Of a DNA stretch of 64,000 nucleotides, positions 27,089 through 39,935 are shown piece by piece. The position numbers were made by a program, and so were the translations under genes. Within the stretch, counting starts at the first letter, position 1. Every line of letters starts with the position of its first letter. Under the pieces are notes generated by a model that was given only the letters and a program-made list of their open reading frames with translations, made no database searches and was not told the origin of the DNA. The stretch covers positions 2,542,001 through 2,606,000 of the forward strand of contig NC_135765.1 of NCBI RefSeq assembly GCF_052425735.1, in the 5' to 3' direction. The stretch comes from Oculina patagonica (taxonomy: Eukaryota).

Positions 27089-27635
27089 TAGCACATGCTG
27101 CATAAACATAACTCAGTGGCTGGGCGCGGACTCTTAAACAAAAAGATATTAACAATGTTCATTAATTTGATAAGCGGCAGAAGGAGACAATACTGTCCTC
27201 TTGTATTTCTATGTCGTTACAAGCAATTACAAAATATGTAAGCTAAAGTATCTTAAAGTTAAGTAAGTAAGGTTGTTATGTAATTTTGAAAGTTTGAAAA
27301 GAAAAACGATTTATATGAAAAAAGGTGCTGTTTTTGCTCTGAACAGAACACATGCCACGGTTGAAAATATGTATTTGAGTTTGTCTTACTTCGATCACTC
27401 GTGAACTAGAGTTGCCCACACAAGGCCCTTGTTGGAGCTTTTCGAAGCACGAGTTGCACTTACTATGCTAGATAATTCATGTAAGACGTTTCACAGATGT
27501 ATGGACTCAGGTTTTATTCCAACCAACATTTCCAAATTCCAATTCGACCTGGATAGAGGACCCGCATGAAAATCAGCTACAGCTAATGTGGCTTCCTCTC
27601 TAAATCTTGTATTTTCTATTTTTATTCAACACAAC

Positions 27636-30600
27636 TTAAGACGAACCTAGCAAGTTTTCTAAGGGTCCGGGGAAAGGGTAACCAAATATTTCAAAACTGC
27701 TCTGATATACGTCCCCTAGACGTTGAATCCAAGACTTTGGAATCTGTGAATAATACTGTACAAGTTCATCTTGAGTTTTTGATGGACGAAATGCTGGAAA
27801 TTTCAGTTCAGTTAAGTTGGCCCGCTCAAGAACATACCCAGCGTCATCTACCATCGTTTCATAATGTCCAACATAGTCATACTTGATATCGCAAAACCCG
27901 CAAACGTCAAGATAATTTGCCCAGTGCCAATCATCTTTATCACCCTCGTTTAGTATATACTCTACGAACTCTGGCCACTTTACCCCGTAACCGCTCTGTA
28001 TTGCCTCTTGTGAAGCGTTGGGTCTAAAGTTTTGAATGATCTTTCTCCCAAACACTGTGATAAATGGATCTTTATCAACCGATCTCGGATGCACGTATTT
28101 ATCTTTGTACGCCGACAAAAGCCTTTCAAAAGGTTCTCGCACAAACATAAACTTGTAGAAAGTTTCCAGCATTTTCTGTCCTTTCTCCGGTGGAAATTGT
28201 TTCACAGTAGGTCCATACGGAGAATAACCCTGATAGGTGCGATATCTTCCCAAGAGGGGCATCCACTGTCGGCTTGCCACCTTTGGTACGAGGCAAAATA
28301 TCAGTTTGTATTTCTCAAACACGTAAAGGTGCCCCAAAGTCTCATTACTTGGTTCTTGACGCTTTCTTTTTCCACAGTAATGTCTCAGGCGTTGCTTTTG
28401 TTCAAAGTCCCTTTTGCCATCCTCTCCTTTGTAATTTGTCATCTCGTCTCCCTTCAAAATGAGAATTAAAAGGTAAAGTCTGTGTCAAGCCTAGTGGCCC
28501 ATCTTGCTGGAACTTATTCCGGTTTTCGTAGCATGAAGCTACTAGGAGTATTTCTACCCCCTCCCCTTGATGAGATGCTAGTCCATCGTAGGGTTACACC
28601 GGTATTAGTTCGCCGGTACCCATTTATACACCTGGGTAAAGAGAGGCAATATGAAACTGATAATTTAAAAAAAAATTGAATGGTTTCTAAAAATCTGACG
28701 CAGGGCTTTTTCTCACTGAAAAGCTCCGGCGACTAAGTTTTGATTCCACTCTGTTCCTGGATCTCCGAGCTGCGTTCATTTGTTTCTTCACTTCTAAAGT
28801 AATTAACGGCTACGATTGGCTATTAACTAATACAGTACGGAGGAACAGCTTTGTATTTTAAAATCAAATCCCACCTCATCTTCATAAGGGTTGTCATCCT
28901 GCAGAACGGGAGTTGACAAGGGCTCCACTGAAAAGAAATGTCAGAAATGAATAATCATTTTACGAGCGCAATCGGGACAGGCCAAGGGGAGAGAGGCTCC
29001 TTTCAGTACCCAGGGGCTGGCAGCCTGATAACACTTCTATATTAGCTATACGGGTAGGTCCATTCCAAAGAACATGTTTTTTAGGCGCAGTAAGCTGAGG
29101 TAACATATTTCTCCGTTTTCGTATGGGGAGTTTAATTACAGTGGAACTGTATATTATCATTTATCTAATTTCCTTATTTTTTTTACACTGACTGTACAGT
29201 ACGGATATTGTCCCTCAAAACATACAGCGTACTGAGTGGAAGCCAACCATCTGGATTGAATGACTAATTAAAACTTGAGCTCAGAATTATAAGCTACAGA
29301 CGCTGTCATGTATTGGGCTAAGAGAGATAAAATACCAAGAATCTCGTACCATCACAACTTACCTACGGTGTCCTGTAGTAAGAAGCGACTAAGAGTACCA
29401 CTCCCCCACGGATAGGAGTCTTGTCCATCAACAGGATACCATAGCAACCTACATGAGCCCATTGATACACCTGTATAGTGGAAATACGACCCTGATAACT
29501 GAAGGTTTGAAACCCTCGACCTCTGCTCCAGCTCTTAAGGCCTGTTCCAAACGTCATGCTACTGCCGTGCCGAACTAAATTGAAGAAACCATTCAGTTTG
29601 GCAGGCTGAATTAGTTCGGCACGTCTACTTAGCACGGCAGGCATTCACCCTTGCCGTGCCGCACGGCAGGAGCGCGACTTGATTTCAAAAGGCGTGCTCT
29701 TGTCGTGCCGAGTTAAATTAAAAAACTATGTTAATGTGTTTTAAGTTCTTTTGCAGTTTTTTGTTGTTTCTGATAATATTATAGTTTGAATTTGCGCGAC
29801 TTCATTTTGTAGATTCGCCGTTTAACACCAATGCCGTGCTATCGTCGTGTCACTGCTGCAGTAGCACGACGTTTGGACTAGGCCTAAGTCTTTAAGACTT
29901 CTGAGACTTAACGGGCAGGGAAGCTCACAGGAAATATATAATACTGTTATTTATTTCCTGTGAGCTTGCCTGCCCGTTAGTCGCCTGCTTTATAACAGCA
30001 TGCTAAATCCTGGCCTAAAGGCCCGACCAAACGCACGCAACATTTCAACGCAACATATCCCAACATTGTTACGTACAGCATGTTGCAATCGTTTGGCCAC
30101 CTAGTCCAGTCCGTGAACTCTCTCTTCCACCCGCCCTTTAAAGGGGTTGAACCCAGGCGCGCGAAGAGAGAGTCCAGGATAACTTGCATGCGCATGCTCA
30201 GCACGAACCAATCAGAAGCGAGGAGTGTGGCGTCACTTGCTTGGGATGCGCGCGCTAGGTTAAAACTGGCTCGCTCAAATGACGAATTTAACTACGTAAC
30301 CGAGCGCGCGAATAAATGCAAGAAAAAAACTGTGCTCAATTGCATACAAAACCAATTCAATAAACAGCTACAAAATACTAGGAATAGTTGACGGATAGCG
30401 ATTTTTGTTTTGGCCGTTAGCTTTTAGCAGACACTGCCTGCAAAGCTAGGCTTTTTAAAGTTATTCCGGTGATCCTGCTTTAGTACACGGTCGTGTAGCT
30501 GAACTCGTCATCTGTGCGCGCGCGTTTTCAAAAGGGCTGCCAAATATGGTTTTTCCCCCAATTTTGGGGAAAAAACTGGCGCATGCGCATGCAAGTTATC

Positions 30601-31937
30601 CTGGACTCTCTCTTCGCGCGCTTGGGTTCAGCCCCTATAAAAGGCGCGCGGAAGAGAGATTTCAGGGACTGGACTATTGGCCACCCTGTTGCATCACGTT
30701 GGACCAAGTTTGAAAATGGTTAAAATTTTTCTCGCAACATTTTTGGATGTTGCATGATGTTGTACTCGTTTGGCCATGTTCATGGAGCATGCGCCCTAGT
30801 TCGGTTTACGCCATCCAACAAGCTGCAACATATTGCAACAGGGTGGCCAAACGCTTGCAACATGTTGTGCACAACAATGTTGCGCTATGCTGCGTTCAAA
30901 TGTTGCGTGCGTTTGGCCAGCACCTTCACAACATCTAACAACATGAGTACATGACTCAACAATGTTGCGATATGTTGCGTTGAAATGTTGCGTCCGTTTG
31001 GCCGGGCCTTAAGAGGGTATTGAAGCTTACCGTTTAACCACTAGCTCATAGTCTACGTACTTTAACTTTTTGTTTACAAGTATATCGAATCCTCTGTCTG
31101 ATGATATAAGAACTGCCGCCGGCAAATTTTAAAAAGAGAATACGGTAATATGTAGGTCTCCTTAATGTTTTAGGCTATACTGGCTATAAATTTCTATTTT
31201 ACTGTAGTATTACCCTGTTACTTAGATTATTACACTAAGATTTTTGCTTCTCTAAAATCCGAATTAAAATAAAGCTTTGGTTGATTGATTAACGAGGGTG
31301 TCTACTTTCGGGAGTTGTTGTTTCACAGAGCGTCAAGATGTCTCTGATATCTAAATTTTCATTCCATTAAATAACGGGGCAATTTTTGCGGTTTTACTGC
31401 GGACAAAATATATTAATTGTTTGCCGAATGAACTATATCTGAGAGCAAGTAAATGGCCTAAAAGCAAAGAAACGGCGTTTTCTTCTGAGAATTTAGCATC
31501 CCTGATTAGATCAGCATCAATCTTCCCAGCAGTTTAACAGTTTGAGGTAAATAGCTCCCGATCATACTTCAGATTTGCATGCTACTTGTAGTCTCTCGAA
31601 AGTCTCTTTAAAAGTCAAGTTCTTGTCTCACAAAACACCTGGTTTTCCTTTCATTCGGTGATTTATTTGTTCTATGAAAATGCCAAAAAAAATAGGCCCA
31701 AAAAGAAAACATTGCGGTTATTATCAGTCTATACGAGCAGAGTTCTTTATAACCTTCAGTGCATTTAGCATATAGTGATTGAAAAAAAAAATAATAAATC
31801 AGTTAAAACATACCTTCACTTCCACTGATGTGATCTGGAACAGACGGCAACGAGCAAAATACGAGTAGATTTACTGTGATCAGAACAGTTATGCAGCTGA
31901 CACTGATAACGGCCATGCAACGCAAATTCCTCTTCAT
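27636..31937 (-). CDS. Carbohydrate sulfotransferase (CHST11/12/13-like, Sulfotransfer_2), ~330 aa, type II membrane
   Basis: Exons 31814-31937 (MKRNLRCM plus TM anchor), 28875-28927 and 27636-28451, all GT-AG and phase compatible; 5'-PSB VPKVASRQW, 3'-PB FVREPFERLLSAYKDK, HW, and CGFCDIKYDYVGHYET. Confidence 0.92.
28482..28655 (-). mobile_element. SINE fragment (another part of a similar family at ~60370-60507)
   Basis: GTAGCATGAAGCTACTAGGAGTATTTCTAC...GATGCTAGTCCATCG...GGTACCCATTTATACACCTGGG, recalled as a widespread cnidarian SINE body; not database-checked. Confidence 0.6.
29539..29884. mobile_element. PIF/Harbinger-type MITE
   Basis: TAA-GGCCTGTTCCAAACGTCATGCTACTGC...GCAGTAGCACGACGTTTGGACTAGGCC-TAA. 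Confidence 0.85.
29909..29979. repeat. Short palindrome
   Basis: TAACGGGCAGGGAAGCTCACAGGAAATA...TATTTCCTGTGAGCTTGCCTGCCCGTTA. Confidence 0.8.
30019..31009. mobile_element. Harbinger-type MITE interrupted by a nested element
   Basis: AGGCCCGACCAAACGCACGCAACATTTCAACGCAACATAT...ATATGTTGCGTTGAAATGTTGCGTCCGTTTGGCCGGGCCT, flanked by TAA. Confidence 0.85.
30102..30676. mobile_element. Nested non-autonomous DNA transposon with TA...TA ends and 9-bp TSD
   Basis: About 90-bp TIRs TAGTCCAGTCC.../...GGACTGGACTA; TSD TTGGCCACC at 30093-30101 and 30677-30685. Confidence 0.9.
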
Positions 31938-33494
31938 GGCTGATTAAGGTCGTACATCGCACGTCGAGAAAACTCTAAGTTAGGAATATCAATTAACGCG
32001 TATATTTTGCAACCCTTTAACCAGCAATGCATAACATCATTGCGAATTTAGAAACCTCGAAAAGATATAGCGGGGACGATGCTTGTTAATTTTTTATGAA
32101 AGATTTGTCTTTGTGGATTTGAAATAAAAACAATGGTTTCTGGGGGGGGGGGGGGCAGGACACGCAAACTTAACAAAACCCTAAATCCAATAATTTATAG
32201 TTGTAAAATCTCTGAATTAATCTGCTTGCATCTATCTTTTTGTCAAATAAAGATACGAAACGTAAAAAAAAATTGTTTTCCTTTTCGAAGTTGCCAACAA
32301 CAAACTTTTTGTGCTTGCTTGATTTTAAAGGCTTAATTAAACCAATCACGCAAAACCGTCTCCAGCAGTTTCGATTCAATTGATTCCGCCCTACAGCTGT
32401 GTTTTGTCGATGTTAAATTGATGATTTTAATTGTTCCATAGATATCAAGGTTGTTTATTTTTTAATGCAGAAGACTGATTTGCATCCAATTTATTTGTGA
32501 TTTCAAATATTTGGTTTCCGTTGCCGTAGCAGCTAGATTTCAAAAGTTTATAATCCCATTAATGGTTTTGCGCAACCATAACATTTGTTGCTGTGTTTGT
32601 TTGAGCTTTGTTTCTTGTTTTCTCACACATTGTTAAGAGAACTAAGCTGTGTACAGGATTACTTATTTATTTCTGGCTTTTTTCTACCCGTTGAGTGAAA
32701 ACTTAAGCTTCATACCTGTACCGCAGTTTAGCGGCTTTTTAGTTTCATCCATGCTTTCAAAACGGGCAAAACTGAACGAACGAACGACAAAAGAATTAAC
32801 AAGTAAGAGGAGAGTATTTTTTAGATGTAGCGCCAAGCCCCGAGAAACACCAGATTCAAATAAACGCCGGGTCTAAAAGCACCGTTGGATTTCGTCGGTG
32901 AAGTGGTGTTCAACTTTGTGTTTAGCCTGCGTAGCAGGCGCCGTAGTTTCTAGCGCGCGTATGGGAGAAACGCGAAAGGCGCGACAGAGCCACGCGAAAA
33001 ACTACACAGTTTGCAGCGGTATTCCCTACTGATAGGGTAGGTACGTCATGTATGGCGACACGTCGGAGAGTCCATACTGACGAGTTAGTTTCACAGAGAT
33101 CCGCGTAGTTCTGTTTATCTGATCAGTTGTTGCTTACGCGTGAAATTTTTAAAAGTGATTACAGTAAAAACCTAGTACAGAATTTGATCGAAGATCTCTT
33201 CGAGATACCGACTATTTTGCATGAAGTATGAGTAGAAGGTTTATCCTGGGCATTGTTGTTCGAACATATCATGGAAGAATTCAAACGTCTTTCAGTTCAA
33301 GCAATTTTTTTTTATTTTCGCGGAGGAAATGCTGTATTTGTCAGTCGCGACGGCTGGGCGCTTTGCGACTCATATACTATAACTTGGTTAAAAATAGTAA
33401 ACTTTGACGTTTGCCTTTAATCGAAATAGTTGTTCCCTTTCGAGTTAGAAAGATTTCTACTCGGCTTAATGCAGGGTTCCCGATAAAGGTTACG

Positions 33495-35400
33495 GGGGGT
33501 GGGGGGTGAATAGGGGTACGCAAATCCGCCGAACCGTGTAGTTTTTTGGGCCAAATCCGTCAATCCGCCACCGTTCTCGTTCAAGTCCAAATCCACATTA
33601 CATCAAAACTTTGTGTGGTATAGTTTTCGCTGCTACGGAAAGTAGATGTTGCTTCACATGCAAACTGTTTCAGAAGTTTCGTTTTACTGCTTTTTTTTGC
33701 GACAATTACACCAACATACCGACGAAAACCGACCAAAGTGATCCGGACTCCGTTAAGTATCTGTTGCAGGTCTAATTGGTTTTCAGATTAAATCTCTTTT
33801 TCAATCGATTTCAACCAAGGTATTAAAATCTGTTTCAAGCTAAAAAAATAATAGTCTTAAAATAACATAAAACAATTTGCATTTGCTCATTAGGGTTTTT
33901 TGTGTCGAAATTGTTTTTTTATATATAAAACGAATGTCATTTGGCTATGAACAAAAGCGAAATACAAGTACAATTTGTCTGTTTTATTTATTTATTTTTA
34001 TTTACAATTCATAAATTGCCCAGAATTCGATTTTTGTAAAAGATATTTGCCGTCGGATTCCCATACAAACACTGTAATTTCTACCCGCTTTGCCTACTCG
34101 TCAAGATGGCGTCGAAAACCGTGATAAGGCCTATTCAGTTAGTTTCCGACCATGACAACGGCGGTTGTCTTACAAAAATTCAAAAATGTTCATATCATAT
34201 AGTTTATAAAATAGAAATAGATGAATGTTTTCTTTCTCTTCTCCTCTTTTCTATGTCAGTGTTATCATTACATGTATAAGATTCTGGCAACGCAAGTCAT
34301 GTTTGATTATTATACCGGACATTCTTTTAACTGTTGAGCGAACAAATGGCACAGGTTTAAGAGTAATTGTGATTCCCAGATTAGAGACCTCCTGAAGAAA
34401 ATAACAACCCAACTGGCTTTAAAAGAAGCGAGCTACAGACCGACGTAGCTGTACTTCTGCATCTGTGTATGTGGCGTCTGAAGGAGAGCGTTTTTCACAA
34501 CTGTGAAAAAAAAAAACTACTGCCAAATTCAAGAGGATCGGAAAAACACGGCCCCACAAGCTTCTCTGAGCTTTACAAAGACAACCATGTTTAAGTAAAG
34601 GTTAGGTAAGGTGATGTTAGAGAAAATTTCACTATCAACCACCTAGAGTAAAACTGCAAACGACACCTAATAAATTCCTTTTAAAATAAAAATTGCGCAT
34701 CGGTTTTCGCATTTTACACGATTCGCGTTACTGAACAGTTGGGTCGGTCCTTATATGTCACGTTAAGGCCGTGCAAAGAAACAAATTTGAAAACTAACTT
34801 TGGGATTTAAACTGATCTTACCTGATTTTTCTCTGGCAATGATACAGCATTCTGGCGTACAGCGTACTATCTTGAGGACGGTTATTTAAATCAAGTGATA
34901 GTGGGGGATATGCTAAAATTGGTTCTTTCTAATACTTAGTGATAACATCTCGAATTAGGTTATTGGCTGCCCAGGGGTTCGGTTAGCAGCTCTCCCAAGG
35001 TCTCACATGAATGGCTCGTTCCTTTCGAGAGAACAATAGAACAAACAACAGGAACAATGCCCCTAGCCTCAAAAATTAACAATAGGAACTCCTACATACA
35101 CTAGAGGACCAGTAAAATAAAGCTTCCGAGATCTGGATGCAACACCACGTTTCATTGCTTGTTTTTTTCGACAACTCGCCAACATACCGCCGAAGACCGA
35201 CAAGAGTGATTCGAACTTCGTTTATCCACGATCCGAACTTCCTGACATAAAGAGATCGGGATCCGGGCAAAAATTCTCAGCTTACCCGCGATCCGCTGTA
35301 CTTTCGAGATCCGCTAATCCGCTCAATGCATCGCAAAAAATCCACAATCCGTGCGCTTTTCAGCGCCAAATCCGACGATCCGCGATGCTTTTCACCCCCT
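33495..35400. mobile_element. Degenerate non-autonomous element with ATCCG-rich ends
   Basis: GGGGGTGAA...TTCACCCCC termini, clustered (A/G)ATCCG motifs at both ends, and internal direct repeat CCAACATACCG(A/C)CGAA(A/G)ACCGAC at ~33711 and ~35179. Confidence 0.45.
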
Positions 35401-35687
35401 TCGTTACGCACAACAGAGTTACCTTTTGTCTCATCACGCAATCTTAACCCCACATTGAGAAGTAAATTTTCGTTTGGATATTGCCAAAAGCGGCTTCTCC
35501 TCGCGTTATTCTTTACCTTACGGCTACACATGCCATTTCTAACGGCTACATTTCCAGTAAAACAGTTGCTGTTTTTTTTTCTAATGGCGATGCATTAACT
35601 TCTGAACAGAAACAAAAACTTTAAGGGAACTGGTCAAAACTATTTTACATGCTCGGGACCCACTTTTGAGGGGTGGTGGTAAGGACG

Positions 35688-36020
35688 AGGCCATGGGTCT
35701 CCAAGCCCAGGTGGGGGGATAGGGGAGAGACCATGGGTCTCCCAACCTGGTGGGGGGATAGGTGAGAGACCATGGGTCTCCAAGCCCAGGTGGGGGGATA
35801 GGTGAGAGACCATGGGTCTCCCAACCTGGTGGGGGGATAGGTGAGAGACCATGGGTCTCCCAACCTGGTGGGGGGATAGGTGAGAGACAGCTAACCCGGT
35901 GGGGGGGGGGGGATAGGTGGGAGACCATGGGTCTCTGTAGGGGGGATAGGTGACAGCGGGAGGTTGTTGGGGGGAGGGGGGCTAGGTAAGAGACCATGGG
36001 TCTCCCAGGATAGGTGAGAG
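35688..36020. repeat. Left subterminal ~39-40-bp minisatellite
   Basis: GAGACCATGGGTCTC cores at 35727, 35766, 35806, 35845, 35921 and 35990 separated by G-rich spacers. Confidence 0.9.
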
Positions 36021-37280
36021 GTGATAAGTAGAATGCAGTTGACCATGTGGTAAAGTAAAAAACAAGGACTTTTAGTCTCAAATATCAAAAATCCACAAAC
36101 TTTACAGGAACATGTCAATATTGCGCCATATTACGGGTATGTTTAATATATGTAGTTAGAGATAATCAATCTGTGTGATCTGGGAACAGAAATTGTTGAA
36201 ACCAGAACAGGTAATTGTTTATCAGTCCAGGTCAGATCAGAGACAACTCTTGTATGGCATATAATGCCTTCTGTCTCCTTCTTAGAGGTTAAATGGGATG
36301 TTTGTTACGGAATTCTGCTGCACAAGATGACTGCAGGCACAAAAATCAAGAAATTCGTTATATTCCATGTTTGTGCCTGCACTCAAATATACTTTTTTTT
36401 ACTCGTCGGATTCTCTCCACTCTATAAACCTCTTTCAGTACCAAAAGGTGACTTTAATAAATGCCATTTATTCCAATAACATTGTTTACTGTGCCTAACT
36501 TATATCCATGCAGGGAAGGATCAAATACCAGAAACATGTGCACATGTCCTTACTTCCTATTTAATTTAAGCCAGCAAATCAAATGTACATGTGTCTTTAT
36601 TTGGAAGGAACAAATGAAGCACAACTAAGTCTTTCTGTTGGATAAAAAATATCAACTTTGTTTACAGAGTTTGTTTTGTTTGATGAATATATCAGTTTCA
36701 ATAGAGTTTTTATTTTTATTTTTTGATGAAGTTATTATTGAAAAACTATACAAGAGCGACAAGTAATAATTTCTACAAGTTATATACATATCAAAGCAAC
36801 ATAGAAATTAAGGAAGGTGGCTACTTAGACCAAGAAAACCAAACCGTCTTTAAAAAATGAAAATTATTTTATGTCTGTGTGGCCCCGATTATAGTAGTTG
36901 CACTGTAAGCCATATACAAAAATACTAGAACATGGAAAGTTTAGGTCAATGGCAAAAAATACTGTTGCCAAGTCACAAGGCTATTTATCACATAAGGTGG
37001 CTCCATATAGTTTCATTACTATGTTTGCTGCTAATGCAAGCTTGTCCTATTGCAAGCTCAGGCAAATTTGATCAACAACCCATTAATGTATAACACTTCA
37101 AAGAAAGGCTTTACCCAAAACAGTTTTTTAGAGCAGATAATACTGGTCTTACTTCCAAAGATTGTAAGTTTCATGTTATAAACAAGTGTGAAATATTAAT
37201 GAAACACGAGCATGCACAGCACCATAACACATTACAACACAGCCACGGTTAAAATGTGTTGTTCAGAAATGGGCAAACCG

Positions 37281-38446
37281 CTAGTCTTTTGACACCGAAG
37301 GCTTGGTCATTTCCTTGTCGGCAAGCTTCGGGTTTGCTCCAAAGAAGTCGTTGAGATGTGTTCTACAAGCTTTGAAATGAGCGTTTAATGTTGTTTTGAC
37401 TTTCTGTCCCAGCTTGTATTTGCCACGGTTGCTTAGTTTACCAAAATAATTCTCCAGGTTTATAACTATTTGAAGCCATGTTTATAAATATAATAGCAGG
37501 AATGTGACAGTAATCTGATTGCCCTAGACTTGACCCTCCTGTGAGGGTTACCCTACCTCGAGCTTTTACATGAATAAAAAAATAGTTGACTCTAGAAGGG
37601 TAACCCTAGCAAGCAAATAGGGTTACCTGCCTCCTAGGGTAACCCTACCTTGCATGTAAACAAAACTGGGAAAAACAGCAAATGGTAATCCTCATAAACG
37701 GGTAACCCTCTAAAAGGGTTACCCTTCCTCCATGTAAACAGGCCATTAAAGTAGCTTGCATAAAAAAACAAGCCAGCCATCTGTGACCCTAGTTGCCATA
37801 GCAATGAGATTGAGGTACTAAAAGAGTATTCATCCTGAAAATTGAACAAAGCTATAGCAAATTTATTCTGACTAGACATTGTATATTTTCACCCAGAATT
37901 AACCTTTTGCAAATATAATTACACTACTATTAAAAAGATTACTTTTTTGGCGTGCCGGTTAGTCGGATTTTAAAAAATAACTAAATTTGCATATTAATTA
38001 ATTGGCCTACTAATATTTATTAGTTGACCCCATCGTTCTTCATCCTGTTCATCTTCAATTTTTTCATCTAACTCAACTGCATCACTGCCACCAGCACTTG
38101 CACATTCAACACCAACACCAGAAACCTTTTCAGTAGTGTTCTCATCATTTTCAACAGCACCAGTGCCCTTGTTCCCTGCACAGTCCCCAGCAATCTGATC
38201 TTTTTCATCATCACAACCACCAACATTAGCACTTACATTGACAGCATCAGTAACCTGATCACAACCATTACCACCATCACCACCAGCAACCTCACAACCT
38301 ACACCATCGGCAACCTCATTTCCAGGACTACTGTCAATAGCCTTATCATCGCCTTCTTCTTCAAACCAAGGAGTGTCATGTTCTGCACTGCTTCCAGTGT
38401 CATCTACTTCAACATCACCAGAATCCAGTCCATCTTTTAAATGATC
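37281..38446 (-). pseudogene. Candidate exons of a second, minus-strand cargo gene (acidic exon and basic exon)
   Basis: Stop-free frame 37994-38446 after an AG acceptor, encoding D/E/G-rich sequence (DHLKDGLDSGDVEVDD...), and a stop-free frame 37281-37465 (NLENYFGKLSNRGKYKLGQKVKTTLNAHFKAC...); no start found. Confidence 0.35.
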
Positions 38447-39935
38447 CTTTAGAGCAAAAAGTTAAACCACATATAAGTATATTTTGAGACACAATACTTC
38501 TACTACCGCCACCATTAACACTACCACTTCTGCTTTCGGATTTTAGATTCATTTTAAGCACTAAATGCTTTCAATAGGTTTTTTAGTCATATAAATGCAC
38601 ATGTACCTTTAATGTCATAAGGTTTGGCCTTTCCAAAATAAGACAAACACTTACCAGTTTACATACAATTATAGACCCTTCAAAACTACTACCAAAGACC
38701 ACAACTCAGATTTTTTACTACCCCTACCCCATGACAATGAAAACCATCAAAAGCAAGACCTTAAGCAACATTTATTGCATGTTAAGACCTTGAATTTGTG
38801 TCATATCCTAATCCAGTTAGACTGCTTTCAGTCAATCAGTATTAAATCATGATAGTAGAGTCAGATGTAGTTAATTTGAAAGAGATAATTCTCAAGGGTA
38901 ACATAGGACAACAGACAAACGAAGCTAATGAGGTCTATATTTTAAATACCAACAGTATTTTTTTAATGATTAAAATAAAAATATATCAATTATCCGTGCA
39001 TATTTTCATGCCAAATGGAGGCTATTGTTTAGATTTAACCCACCGATTAATTTTCGGGCACACTCCTTGGACAAAATGCATCACATTGTACAAAATCGTA
39101 GAAATGTATCAGACAATATACCCTGTCCGATTTGATATATGCGGTCCAGTTTTTTAGACAAATGCAAAACAAAAGAACAAATTTGCCTTTTTATTTTTAA
39201 TTTTTTAATTAAATCACAGTGTTAAAAATGTTTTGTGCATTAATCAACTTGCATTTATTTCAACTGCAGTTACACAGTTAGCCTTGATTATCACTGCAGG
39301 TTTTTCCTATTTAATGGTGATAAAGACCGTTGTAGAAATTAATCAGAGGGTTATAAAATTAATAAAACCCTTTGCTGGTATATTGAGAAAAAAACACTTC
39401 CGTGGGGGATGTATGGATAATTTTTGTAACTACACATTGGAGCAGAAATATTGTCCTCAAAATTTTTCAGTTGTCCTTGAAGGACCTGAAGGTTTGCTTC
39501 TCTTCTAAGACTTCTAACTGTTCATTTTTCAGACAATCTTTAAGCCTCAGGCATTATCCTCCAATATACCAGCCGCCTGACGGGGTTTATTTACTTATAA
39601 ATAGCACAAGTAAAACACAGAACTCTGACAAATTAGCTTCAGTAAATACTTATGCTTGACAGGTAAGATTAGCAAGTGGAATAAAACGAAAAATATTTTT
39701 TATATAAGCTTAAGTCTTATACAGGACTTCGTGTGTGCAGTGCTGCCTACTTTATAAAACAAAAATAGTACATGCTTCTGAGTTAAGATATCAACGCTTA
39801 AGCACGAAAATAAGTGTTTCTTAAAAAAAAATAATTAATATTTTAAAAAATACCTTTATGTGCGTTCTGTGATGGCTTTTGAAACGTGTTAAATACGCCA
39901 ACTTCACGAAAACTTTTCCAGTGTGGTTAAACACA

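Noticed and set aside
28032-28469. 145-aa plus-strand ORF
   Set aside because: Antisense shadow of the sulfotransferase exon.
35581-36118. Overlapping Pro/Gly-rich ORFs (also 42283-42956)
   Set aside because: Translations of the subterminal minisatellites.
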